From: Scenedesmus sp. PABB004
Lineage: Eukaryota
Length of the DNA stretch: 64,000 bases
Assembly: GCA_014905635.1 (NCBI GenBank)
Contig: CM026548.1
Span: forward strand, 558,001-622,000
Reading direction: 5' to 3'
Part shown: positions 10,818-22,355 of the stretch, one piece after another
Position numbering within the stretch: position 1 is the first letter of the stretch
Layout: every line of letters starts with the position of its first letter
The notes under the pieces: generated by a model
Databases searched by the model: none
Seen by the model: the letters and a program-made list of their open reading frames with translations, nothing else
What the model was told of the DNA's origin: nothing
Translations under genes and position numbers: made by a program

Positions 10818-13625
10818 TCACGCCTGCATGGGCTCGAGGCCACCGTTCAGGAGGTCAGCCAGGCTGCTGCTCTTGCGCAGCGCCATGCCGAGGGGCAGGT
10901 CGTGCATGTCGTCGTCAAAGAGGCCCGCCGCGGCCGCCGCGGCGGCGCCGCTGCAGCCGTCGTCGCGCACGCCGGCGGCGCCGTCGGCGGGGCCAAACAG
11001 GCTCTGCGGGCGGGCGGGCGGGCGGGCGGAGAAGGTCAGGGTGCGTACGTGGCCGGGGAACGTGGCGCCGCCAGGCGCGGCGGGGCGGCGGGCAGCGGCG
11101 CCGCGGCGCGGCGCGCACCTGCAGGTCTGCGAGCATGCCGCAGGAGTCGACGCGCGTCATTCCGGCGCTGCCCTCGCTGCAGGAGTCGCCGGAGCAGGCG
11201 GCAAAGAGGTCGCCCATGCTGCCGAGCAGCGCGGCGGCGTCCTTGGCCGGCGGCGGCGGCGCCTTGGCCTTGGCCGCGCTCGCGGCGGCCGCCTGCGCGC
11301 GCAGCGTGTTGCTGCAGGAGACCTCGAAGCTGACGCGCGCGCTGCCATGGCCCTTGCCGCCGACGGCACTGCAGTCAAAGCTCATGCGCCCGCCCGCCGT
11401 CGCCGCGCTCGCGGCGGAGCAGTCGAAGCTCGCGCGGCTGCGCGCCGCGCAGTCGAAGCTCGCGCGGCTGCGCGCCGCCGCCTGCTGGTGGCTGCTGCAG
11501 TCGAAGCTCACGCGCTGCGCCTTGACGGGCCCGCCGAGCCGCGCCGCCGCGTCGGCGTCGGCGAGCTCCTGCTCCAGCCCGCCGAGCTGCAGCTCGCCGT
11601 CGAGCAGGCCCTGCATGCCCACGTCGAGGTCGTCCTCCGCGGTGATGTCGCCCAGGACAAAGTCAAAGGCGTCGCCGAGGTCGAGCCCCGGCGCCGACGC
11701 CGGGGCGGCGCCGCCGCCGAGGCTGAGGCTCGCGGCGAGCGCGGCCGCGACGCTCGCGCCGGTCGCGCCGCCGCGGCCCGCGTGCGGCAGCGCCGCGACG
11801 GGCGCGGCCGCCGCGGCCGCGGCGTCGTGCGCCGCGGCGCCGTCGAAGCCGGCCGCGGCGCCGGGCCAGGCCGGCATCGCACCATAGGGCAGGCCCATCG
11901 CCATGGCGGGCATGGCGCCGCCAAAGCCGGCGGGCGCAAAGGGCATGGGCAGGCCCATCGGCGCGCCAAACATGCCCCAGGGCATGCCCGGCAGCGACGG
12001 CATGCCGGCGAGGCCGCCCGCCGCGGGCGGCGCGCCGGCCGCGCCCGCGGGCGGCACGATGCCCGGCGCGCGCGCGAGCGGGCACATGGGCATGCCCCAG
12101 ACCATGCCGGTCGGCAGCGCGCCCAGGCCGGTGGGCAGCGGCACCGCGCCGCCGGGCGCGGGCAGCGGCCCCGCGGCGGTCGCGCCGGCGCTGGGGCCGA
12201 GCGCCGCCGGCGCCGCGGGCGCCGCCGCGGCCGCGGCCGCGGCCGCGGCCGCCGGCTTGCCGCCCGCCAGGGGCGGCTTGCTCGCCGGCGTGGCGGGCGT
12301 GGGGTGGCGCACTGCCTTCTTGATGCAGCGCGCCGCGTCCTGCTGCTGCTGCGCCGCCGCCGCCGCGGGCGTGCTCGCGGGCGACGCGCCCGCCGGCGCC
12401 TCCTCGTCGGCCTCCGGCAGCGCCAGCTGCAGCGTGCTGTAGCTGCTCGCCAGGCTGTTCAGGCTGCGCGTGCTCGGGCAGCTGTGCACGGGCGCGTGGC
12501 GCGGCGCCTTGGGCGCCGCGCCGCCGCGCGCGCCGCCCGAGCTCTCGGTCACGGCGCTGCTGCCGCTGCGGCTGAGGCTCTTGGTGGGCTCGTAGAAGCT
12601 CGACGCGACCGCGAGCGCGACGTTGGCGACCGTGTTGACGCCGCCGCCGGCGCCGGCGGCGGCCTTGGGGCTGCCGCTCGCGCTGCCCGCCTCGGGCCGC
12701 GCCGCCGCGGCGGCCGCCGCGGCCGTGGCCGCCGCCGCCGCGGCCTCGCCCTCGGGCTCCTCCTCGGGGATGACGCACATGGCCTCCAGCTCGCGCCGCG
12801 CCGCGGCGGGGCGCTCGCCGCCCGCGCCGGCGCCGCGCGCGGCCTCGGCGGGGCAGTCGATGGTCATGTTGCACATGAGCTTGCGCACGGTGTGCTGCCA
12901 GATGTTGGCGAGCTTCAGCGGCGCGAGGGGCTTGGCGAGGAAGTCGACCGCGCCGGCCTCGATGCCTGCGCGGCAGCGCGCGGGCGGACGCGGGCGCGGC
13001 CCGGCGGGCGTGGGCGTGCGGCTCGCCGCGCGCGCCCGCCGCGGCCGCCGCGGCCGCCGCCCCGGCTGGGCCCCCCGCCGGCCGCCCGCGCGGCGCGCCG
13101 CTGCTGCTGCGCACCGGCCATGATGTCGGCGGGGCTCGGGTCCGCGGCCATGAGGATGACGGGGAGGCCCTTGGCCGCGTCGAGCAGCTGCTGCCCGTTG
13201 CGGGTCTTGCAGCCCAGCAGCGCCTTGTCCGCGAGCACGACGTCAAAGCCGCCCGGCAGCTCCGTGAGGCGCGACAGCGCGTCGGCCGTCGACGCGCAGG
13301 GCGTGACCTGCGGCGCGCGGGCGCGGCGCGCGGTGAGCGCGGGGCGGCCCGCGGCGCGCGGCTGCTGCGGCGGCGCGCCCGCCGCCCCGCGTGTGCCCGC
13401 GCCGCCCCCGCCCAGCCGGCCGCGCCCGGCCCGCCCCGGCGCTGCTGCTGCAGCCGGCGCGCCCCGCCGCGCGCGCGCCAGCGCCCGGCGCACCGAGTAG
13501 CTGCATTGCTCCAGCTGCGCCTCGGCCGCGCTGCGCGCAGCGCTGTCGCCGTCCACCAGCAGCACGCGCAGCCCGCTGGGGAAGCCGGGCCGCTTGCTGA
13601 AGCTGGGGCAGCGCTTTATGCCCAT
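10818..13625 (-). CDS. Response regulator receiver-domain protein (REC similar to type-B ARR/APRR2) with a long low-complexity C-terminus and no visible GARP/Myb domain
   Basis: Spliced translation MGIKRCPSFSKRPGFPSGLRVLLVDGD...GFDVVLADK...LPVILM...GAVDFLAKPL..LANIWQHTVRK matches plant/algal REC motifs. The last exon ends LPLGMALRKSSSLADLLNGGLEPMQA*. Confidence 0.85.
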
Positions 13626-14902
13626 GCCGGGCTGTGCGTGTTGGGGGGTTGGGGGGAGCGCGGGGGTCGTGCGTCTCCGCGGCCTGGGTGCTGTCGCAGG
13701 CTCGCCCGCTGCTGCGCCGGTGTCGCTGGCGCAGCTGGGGTGGTGGTGTGTGGGGTGGTGTTCGGTGGTGGTCCTGTTCGGTGTTGTTGTTCGGTGTTGT
13801 TGTGTGCGCTCCTCTCTCCGGGCGGTGGGTGTTGTGCGCTGCTGCTCTCCGCGCGCCGGTGCCGCTGGCGCGCCTGCGCGGCCGCGGCAGCGGTTGGCGG
13901 CGGCGGCGGCGGCAGGCGGGCGGGGCGGGTGAGGGGCGGCGCGTGGCACGCGCGAGGAGGCCCAACCGCCCCCGCGCGGCTGTACGAGGGGGCCCGAGGG
14001 CGGGCGCGCGATCGCCCGCCCGCCCGCCGCCCGCCCCGACGCCGCGCCGGCCGGGCGGCGCCGAGGGGCGCCCCGCCCGGCCGCCGACGGCACCGGGCCA
14101 GCACGCGCCCCGCCCCGGGGCCGCCCGGGAGCGGGAAGAGGTGGGCCCGCTGTTGGGCCGCCCGAGCGAGGCCCCCCCGCCCGCGCGCCGGCGCCACGTG
14201 CCGGCCGCCGGGCGCGTCGACGCGCGGGGCGGCGCCCGGCGCGCCGCGCACGCCCAGCGGCCAGGGCCGGGGGAGGTCCGCCCCCGATGCCGCGTGCCCG
14301 CTGAGGCGGGGCCGCGCGCGCAGGGCCGGGGCGGCGCCCAGGCGGCGCGGCGAGGCCGTGCTGGTGCCCCCGCCGCGCCGCCGACCAATGCGCGGCCCCG
14401 GCGCGCCAGCAGCGCCTCCGGGCGCATCGTCGAAGCTCGCCCCCCGCCCGCCGCGCAGCGGGCGCCCGGCCCCACGAGGCTGCCGCCAAGAGTGGAGCGA
14501 AGCGGTGCGGCGCCAGGGCGCCCCACCGCGCCAGCTCGGGCAGCCGGGGCGCGCCGGGAGCGGGCCATCGCTGCCGGTGGCATTCGCGAGACGCCCGCCT
14601 CCCTCGGCCCCGCGCCCCCGCCCGCCCGCGCGGCGCGCCGCGCCCGCACCGTCAGCAGTCCCTGGGCAGCCTCCGCGCGCGCTGCCCGCTCGCCACCGCC
14701 CGCTCTCTTCTGCACGCCTCTTCACGCTCGCTCCCGCTAGCTTCGCCGCGCGTTCCGTCCGTCTAGCTGCGGTCAAGGTAAAGGCTCGCGGCGGGCGCGC
14801 GGCGCGCCAACAACCTGCGCGCTGAGCCTGGCCGCGCTGAGCCCTGAGCGGACTCACTCCGCGACGTGTCCGGCTCGTTGCATGGCCCCCTCTTTCTCGC
14901 TC

Positions 14903-16790
14903 TTACGGCGCCGCCGCCGCGTGCTGCTGGCGCCTGCCTCGCCGCCGCGCGCCGCGCCGCCGCTCCGTCCCCGCGCCGGGCGGGAGGGGCGCGGCGCCCG
15001 CCGGCCGCGCCGCCCGGCCGTGCCGCGCGTGCCGCGCAGCGCCGCCGCCGCCGCCAGCCCCGCCGCCGCGCGCGGCCGCGGCGGAGGCGTCGTAGGGGTG
15101 GGCCAGGCGGTGGTGGAGCCACTGCAGCAGCGTGTCAAACGCGTCGTCCATGCCCGCGTCGGCGCTCCACACGCGGCGCCGGAACAGCTCCCGCACGCGC
15201 GCGCCGTCGCCGGCGCCGGCGGCGCCGGCGTCGCCGCGGCCCATCGCCGCGAGCGCGGCCGAGCGCGCGCGCTCGTCGGCGGCGAGGCCCTCGGCGACCC
15301 ACGGGTGCTTGCGCAGGTTGGCCGACACGACGCCCGACGCCTGCTGCCGCACCCAGGGGTGGCTCAGCCACGCCATGCGGTGCCACCACGCCGTCAGGTT
15401 GCCGCGCAGCGCCGCCTCCTGCGCCGCGCCCACGCCCGCGAGCAGGGCGGGCAGGCCGGGCAGCTCCTCCTCGCGCACCTTGAGCACCGCCGCCGAGAGG
15501 CGCAGCGCGCCGCTCAGCGGCTGCGCGAGCGCGCCGCCGCGGCCGGCGGCGACGACGACGGGGATGCAGCCGTGCAGCACCGCGTCCTCAAACAGCCCCG
15601 GCCAGCCGTCGCGCGGGACGACGAGGCAGAAGCGCGACCGCGCGAGCAGCGCGCTGCCGTCGCCGCCGAGCTCGGCCGGCGTGCCGACCCAGATGCCGTG
15701 CTTCGCGCGCCACCCGCCCGCCGCAGCGAGGCCCGCGAGCCGCTGGCGCAGGCCGCCGCTGTACGCGGCCGGCCGGCCGGCGCCGAGGTCGGTGCGCAGG
15801 AGCGCGAGGATGTCGCGCCGCCGCCGCGCGTCGCCGCCGAGGAACGGCGACGACGCGAAGCGCCCCGGCGGCCGGAACGCGGGCAGCACCAGGTCCTTGC
15901 CCGGCGTGTGGCAGGGGTGCGCCCCGATCGCCGCAAGGTAGCCGCCCGGCAGCGCGGGGTCGTCGCGGTCGTCGCCGCGGTTGTAGTTGAACTCCCACCT
16001 GGCCAGGCGCGGCGCGGCGCGACGCGGGCTGAGCGGGCGGCGGCGGCGCTGGTGCGGGCGCGGGCACGGGCGCGGCGCTGCGGTCCACCTGGTGGTGGTT
16101 GAGATTGTGAAGTTGTTGGCGTCGGCGCCGCCGGGGCTGGGCAGGCGGCCCCACTGCGTGAGGATGATGGACCGCGCGTAGACCTCGGCCGGCGCCCAGC
16201 ACGCGCCTTCGTCGTGCGCAAACAGCCAGATGTGGTCCGCGCCGCCGCTCGCGTTCCAGTGTGGATAGGTGGAGCGGATGTGGTCCAGCGCGTCCAGGTG
16301 CATCGCCACGCCCTGCTTCACGGTCGACCGGCTGCGCCCCGGCGGCGCGCGGCGCGTGTGGCGTCGGCGTCAGCGTCGGCGCGGCGTCGGCGTCGGCGCG
16401 GTGCCGGCACGGCGTCAGCGCGGCGCCGGCGCGGCGTCAGCGCGGCGCGCGGACCTGTGCACACTCCACCACGGCGCGTCCGCCCAGCCCGCGACGGCCT
16501 CCATGAAGCACGCGGCGTAGACTGGGACGTAAAAGTAGTCGGCCTCGCCTGCGGGAGCCCGATCCACACCCCGGCGCGGCGGCGGCGCGGCGGCGCGGCG
16601 GGGTGAGGGAGGAGGGCGCGCGCGCGCGCTGCGGCGCGGCGCCGGGGCGGCGCCGGGCGCGGGCGCGTCGGCGCGTGGGCGGCGACGCACCCGGGTCGAG
16701 CGTGCGGTGGGGGCTCTGCAGCATGAGCTCGTGCAGGTGGCTCTCCAGCGGGTACCGCCACGCGTTGTCGCCTGGCAGCCCCGCCCCGCC

Positions 16791-16825
<35 letters not shown>

Positions 16826-19363
16826 AGTGAGGGGCGCCGCCGGCGGCGGCGGGCGCGCGCGCGCGCGCCAGGGCGCCCCGGCGGCGGGGCGGCGGCCGGC
16901 GCGCGCACTGTCGGTGGTGGTCGGGATCGTGTAATTGTTCTTGCTCCACACGCGCCAGCTGCAGGTCGCCTTGCTCGGCCGGTACTGCAGCAGCCGGCCG
17001 ACAAACCTGCATGATGTAAGCCGGCGCCGCGGCGGGGCGCGCGGCGGTGGCGGGCGCGCGCGGTCGGGCCGGTGCGGCCCCCGAGCAGCCTCGCAGCGCC
17101 GCGCGGGCCAGCCGCCGGCGGCGCCGGCGCTGCCGCGGACCCCGAGGGCGAGGGCCCCCGCGCACCGTGAGGGCATGTCATAAACAAAGATGCGCGGCCG
17201 CCGCGCCCGGCCCGCCGGCACGGGCCCGAGCCCCGTCTCGACGAGCTGCTGCAGCAGCGCGGCGTCGGCGCCGCCGCGCAGGCGCGCCGTCTGCACGCCG
17301 GCGCCGGCGAGCGCGTCGCCCAGCGCCGACGCGGACGCGGCCGCGGCCGCGTCGCCGCCGGCGGCGCCGCCGCCGCCGGGCGGCTCGCCCGCGCCGCCGC
17401 CCGCCAGCCACGCGCCGACCGCCGACGTAACGTCCGCCTGCGAGGGCGCCAGGCTGATGGCCTCGCGCCGCGCGCCGCCGCCGGTCCACATGTGCCGCAG
17501 CAGCCAGCGCGCGGCGGCGCTGAGCCGCTCCCCCGCCGCCACGCCCCGCCGCGGCTGCCCCGCCTCCGCGCCCGGCGGCCCGCGGCCGCCGCGAGCGCGC
17601 GGCGCTCCATGCCGCCGCCGCCGTCGGCCTCATCCAGGCCCGCCGCCACCGCCGCGGCGACGGCCGCCGTGGCGGCCGCAGCGCCGTCGCCGTCGCCCTG
17701 CTGCTCGCCCGCCGGCTCGGCGAGCAGCGGCGTGAGGTACAGCTCGGGGATGGGCGGCGCCTGCGCCTCGGCGGCGGCGCCGGGCTCCCGCGCGCCGCGC
17801 CGCGGCTGCGCGCCGGCGCCGGCGCCGGGCGCCGCCGCCTCGCCCGCCGCGATGGCCGCGGCGGTGCGCTCCCAGACGTCAACGTACAGGCCCTCCAGGT
17901 GGGGCCGCTGCGCGAGCAGCTGCTTGTGCGCCGGCAGCGCCGCGAGCGCAGCCGCGGCGGCCGCGGCGGCCGCCGCCTCGGCCGCCTCCGCCGCGGCGGC
18001 GGCCGAGCCGCCGAGCAGGCCGCCGCCGGCGGCCTCCGCCTCTGCCGCCGCCGCGGCCGCGACCGCGCTGTCCGCGCCCTCGTCGGCGGGGCCGCCGGGC
18101 TCGCCGGGCTCGCCGCGCGGCGCCGCCGCCGCCGCCGGCGCCGCTGGCGGCGCGAGCGCGGCGGCGTCCGACAGCCGCGCGCAGTCGGCGCCGAACCAGC
18201 CCGGAAGGCACGCGCAGAAGCCGCGCGCGCACGCGCCGTGCCCGCTGCACTGGTTGGGGCACACCGTCTCGGTGACCACCTCGCACAGCTCGCCGTCATA
18301 CCCGTCCATGTCGCACGAGCAGCGCACGCGCGGCGTGTCGACGGTGCACCAGCCCTGCGCCCCCGCGGCGGCGGCGTGTCGGCGGCGGCGGCGGCGGCAG
18401 CGCGGTGCGGCGCGGCGGCGGCGGCGCGGCGGCGTGGCGCGGCGCGGCTGCGCGGCGCGGCTGCGCGGCGCCTCCCGGGGCGCGCCGGCTCGCCCGCCCC
18501 GCGCACCTGGGCGCCGTATATGTCATCGTAGGTCATGCCGCCGCTGGCGCCCCAGCTCAGCACCTGGCCCTTGTCGTCGCTCGCGAGGCGCTGGCAGTTG
18601 CCGTGCAGCAGCCGGCCCGGCCGGATGGCCGCCGCGCCCGCCGACGCGCCCTCCGGGGCGGGCACGCGGCCGTGGTGGGGGCCATCGCAGAAGCATGTTG
18701 CGGTCGCGTCGTCGCACACGCCCGCGCACCTGGCGCGCGGGGCGGCGCCCGCGTCGGCGCCGCGCCCACCGCCCGCGCGCCGCGCCCGCCGCCGCGCCGG
18801 GCACGGCCCCCGGCGCCCCGCGCGCCCCGCCGGCCGCCGCCGCCGCACCTGCTCGGCGTCCAGCCGGGCGCCGACCAGTTCCGATCGCGCTTGCTGGGCC
18901 CGATGTGGCTCGCCGGCGCCTTGCTGCGCTTGTCGGCGCGGAACGCGTTGGTGCAGGGCCGAGGGTCGGCCGCGCCGCAGTCCGGGCCGCCCACGCCCGC
19001 GGGGCAGTCGCACAGCCCCGTCTCGCCGTTGCACACGCCGAGCCCGCTGCAGTTCCGGGGGCACGGCCGCGCCAGCACCGGCGGCGCGGCGAGCTGGAGC
19101 AGCGGCTGCGTGTAGTACTCGGCGCAGAGCGGCCCCCGGACGCCGTAGCAGCGCGCCAGTCGGGTCAGGCTCAGGAGGGGAGGCGGGGCAGCGCCGGCGC
19201 TGCCCGCAGCAGCGGCGGCGTCCGCCGCTGGCGCCCTGGCGCCGCCGCCGGGCGCGGCGCCGGCGGGTGCTGCGAGAGTCAGAGTCACTGCCACAATCAG
19301 CCACGCGGCGAGAGCCAGGGCGGCGTGGCGCCGGCGCGGCATCAGTTGGCCTGCCCTCGGCAT
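14903..19363 (-). CDS. Exostosin-family (GT47) glycosyltransferase with an N-terminal signal/TM segment and EGF-like domains
   Basis: EGF motifs CPRNCSGLGVCNGETGLCDC and CPNQCSGHGACARGFCACLPGWFGADC. GT47 motifs RPRIFVYDMP, LLQSPHRTLDP(MLQSPHRTLDP), EADYFYVPVY, PHWNASGGADHIWLFAHDEGACW, KDLVLP and SRFCLVVPRDGW...EDAVLHGCIPV. One apparent frameshift near 17560. Confidence 0.9.
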
Positions 19364-19969
19364 CGCAGGCGACAGCGCGCGCCGGCGCCCGCGCTAGCGC
19401 GGCGCCTTCTGGAGATGCGCAGCTCGAGTTTCAGCAGACCCAACGCGCTGCAGAAGTAGCTGCGAGCTGCCCGGGTGGTGCGGCCGAGCGGCGGCGAGCG
19501 CTGCCGTCGCTGCTGCCACAATCAAGCTCTCAGGGGTGCTGCGCGGAGGCGGACCACTAGCAGGCTGCGCGCGAGGCGGTGAGCGAGCGGCCGAGCGCGA
19601 CCCCGGCTGCGAGCTGAGCTTAGACCCTTTGCAAAGACGCCGCCGCCGCCGAGCTCCTTCAAAGTTCGCGGCGCGCCGCGCCGACGCGCTCACCCGCTGC
19701 AGGCCGCCGCGCCGCCGCAGCGCCGCAGCAGCAGGCGCACGGCCGCGCCGCCGACGGGGTCGTCGGCGAGCGCGCGCCCCACTCGGGGATCGGCGGCCGC
19801 GCGTCTCGGCGCCTGGCAGCGGCGGCAGAGCGCGCGCACTGGCCCGCGTTGCGAGGGCGCGGCGGCCCCAACGCCCTGGCGCGGCGCCAGGGCACAGCTG
19901 GTGCGCCGAGGCCCCTCGCCCCCCACTGCGCCCCGCGCCCCGCCTCCTGGAGCTCCCCGCTGCGGCCAC

Positions 19970-20546
19970 TCAGTACTGCGGGGCGCCCGGCAGCGGCGGC
20001 GGCGGCGGCGGCGCAGCCCGGTCGTCGGCCGCCTCCGCGTCCGGCGCCCGCCGCCGCGCTGGGCCCGCCCCCGCGTGCGCACCTCCTCGTCGTCTGTCTG
20101 GAACCGCCCCACCAGCAGCTCCGCCGCCTGCGGCACACGCGGCGTTGCGGCGTTGCGGCGGCAGGGCGCGCCCCGCCCGTCCGCGCCAGGCTGCGCGCGC
20201 GGCGGCGCCGGCGCGCACCGAGTCGGCCGCCAGCAGGCCCGCGCCGCCGAACAGCAGGATGGCGGCGACGGTGATCCAGCGCTGCCGCGACACCTGCGCG
20301 CGCGCGGCCGTGGCGGCGCGCCGGCGGTCGCCGCGCCGCGCAGCTGCCGCGGGCCGAGCGGCCAGGTGAAGCACCTGCGGGAGCACCCTGGGCCGGGAGT
20401 GGTCGCGCCAGCCCAAGCAGCCCGCGGCGCTGCTGCTGCTCCTCTCCCGGGGGCGCCCCACTGACCTTGTCGAGCAGCAGGAGCGCGGCGCTGCGCTGCT
20501 CCGGCGGCGGCGGCGGCGGCTTCAGCCGCGGCGGCGGCTCCGCCAT
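19970..20546 (-). CDS. Small (~68 aa) hypothetical single-TM protein
   Basis: The exons splice GT-AG in frame to give MAEPPPRLKPPPPPPEQRSAALLLLDK/VSRQRWITVAAILLFGGAGLLAADS/AAELLVGRFQTDDEE/Y*. Confidence 0.5.
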
Positions 20547-22355
20547 GGTCCCGGGGCCGGGCTGGGCGCGGGTCGGCGCCTGCGCGAGGGGCAGGGAGGC
20601 GAGTAGCTGCGCCGGCGGCGGCGGCGGCGCGCTCCGCTGCTCCGCAGGCTCGAGCTGCTGCCGCCGCGCCGAGGGCGCAGGGAGTGCGGGGCGCGAGAGT
20701 GAGGCGTGAAGGGGCGCGGGGGCGCGCGTTGCGTTGGCTGCCGGCGCGCGCGCGGACGCGCGGCGGTGCGGCCGCGGCGGGCTGACGCGCGCGTTTCTGC
20801 GGGGCCGCTGGATTGGGTTATTGATTCCGTTAGTACGACCGATCAGCTGCGCATGCAGCAGACAGAGCAAGTGGTCGCGCGCGCGGCCGGCGGGCGGCTG
20901 CGGTGCCGGCGCTCGCAGTGACGAGGCCGCCGCCGACGCGTGCGCGCGCCGCGGGGCCCAAGGCCGCGTGTGTGTCAGGCGGCAACTGCCCGTGCAAGTC
21001 GCCGGCCAGGCAGTCTCTGTCTTGTGGAGGGGGGGGCAACAAAGCATGCGCGCCCCCACCATTGAGGTCGAGATTGAGGGTGCACTTGGAAGCCGATGGG
21101 ACTCGCTTGCTGGCAGCAAGCAAGTTGCTGCTCAGTTGATGATGCACGCATCCCCGCACCGGCACCGGCACTGCCGCTGGGATTGGCGGTGGCGGCGGCG
21201 GCGGGCCGTTTGTCAAGACCCCCGGCGCCCACCCCGGGCGGCGCGGCGCCCGGGCCCACTCACCACCCACGTGCGCGGACGGAAGCATGCACCATGTTGC
21301 CACCCATCTCCGCCGCCACCTTGTGCTGCTGCCCGCCGCCACTGTCCCCAAGAGCCAGTGCACAGCCAGCCCCGTGCCAGTGCTGCTGCGGCCAGCCGCC
21401 GACCGTTGGGGTCGGTCCGACGACGCGCGCACGCACCCGCGCGCGTGCACGCCCAACCAAAACAACAACCACCAAAAGGCGCGCCCACACCAAAAGGCCA
21501 GTGAGGGGGTGGTTTGGTGCGCGCAAGCCGGTCCAGTGTTTGTCCCAAATCTGCCACGGGGGCGGCCGGCGGGGCCGGCACGCAGGCGCCGCGGGCCAAC
21601 AAGTCACGCAGCGGTGCCGCGGGCAAGCTGCAGCAGCCAAGAGCCGCAGCAGCAGCCCGCGGCATGCAGGCCGCGGCCCCCAAGCATGGCGCCGCCGCGG
21701 GGCCGCCGCCGGGCAAGGCGGCCATGCCCCGGGCGCCGTCCTCAGCCCCCACACACAATTTGGTTTGCCCAAGCGCGGAGGAAGCGACTGAGAAAGCAAC
21801 TCCCCTGACGCAATTCAAGCCCACAAGCCCGCCCCCATCCCCCCCATCGTGCGACCCGAATGCACCAGTCCACCGCTCTGCCTGCTGCTGCCGTGTCAGC
21901 CGAGGCGTGGGAGGCGGGCGCCCGGGGCGCCCGGCACGGCGGCGCGCAGCGCGACAGCCGCTGCAGGCAGGCCGCGGCTGCGCGCGCGCCGCCAGTCACA
22001 GCAGTCGCAGCGGTTGCGTGCTTTGCCGCAGAGCGGGCAAAAAACACGCACGGTGGGTCAGGCTTGTCCCACGGGCCGCAACGGGCAGTGCCTCCAAATA
22101 GGCATGTGAGCAGCAAGAATGCGAGCACCAGCGTGCCGGGCCAAGTGCTCCCGATGCAGCTGCTCAGCACCCGCCCCTCGCTGGCGCCGCGCGCCGGCCG
22201 GCGGCGAGGCGCACCAGCGTTCACCAATGCTCCGGAGCCGGTAAAACGACACGGGCGCAGCGCCGGCGCCGCTGGGCGCCAGCAGCTGGCCCCCCGGCTC
22301 GGGCGGGGCAGACACCCGACGCGTGCGCCGCCAGCCCCCCGCGCATGCCCCCAGC

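Noticed and set aside
19970..19975. TAC-TGA at the start of an exon as a possible selenocysteine codon
   Set aside because: There is no redox-motif context, no convincing coding continuation and no recognisable SECIS. An ordinary stop is the simpler reading.
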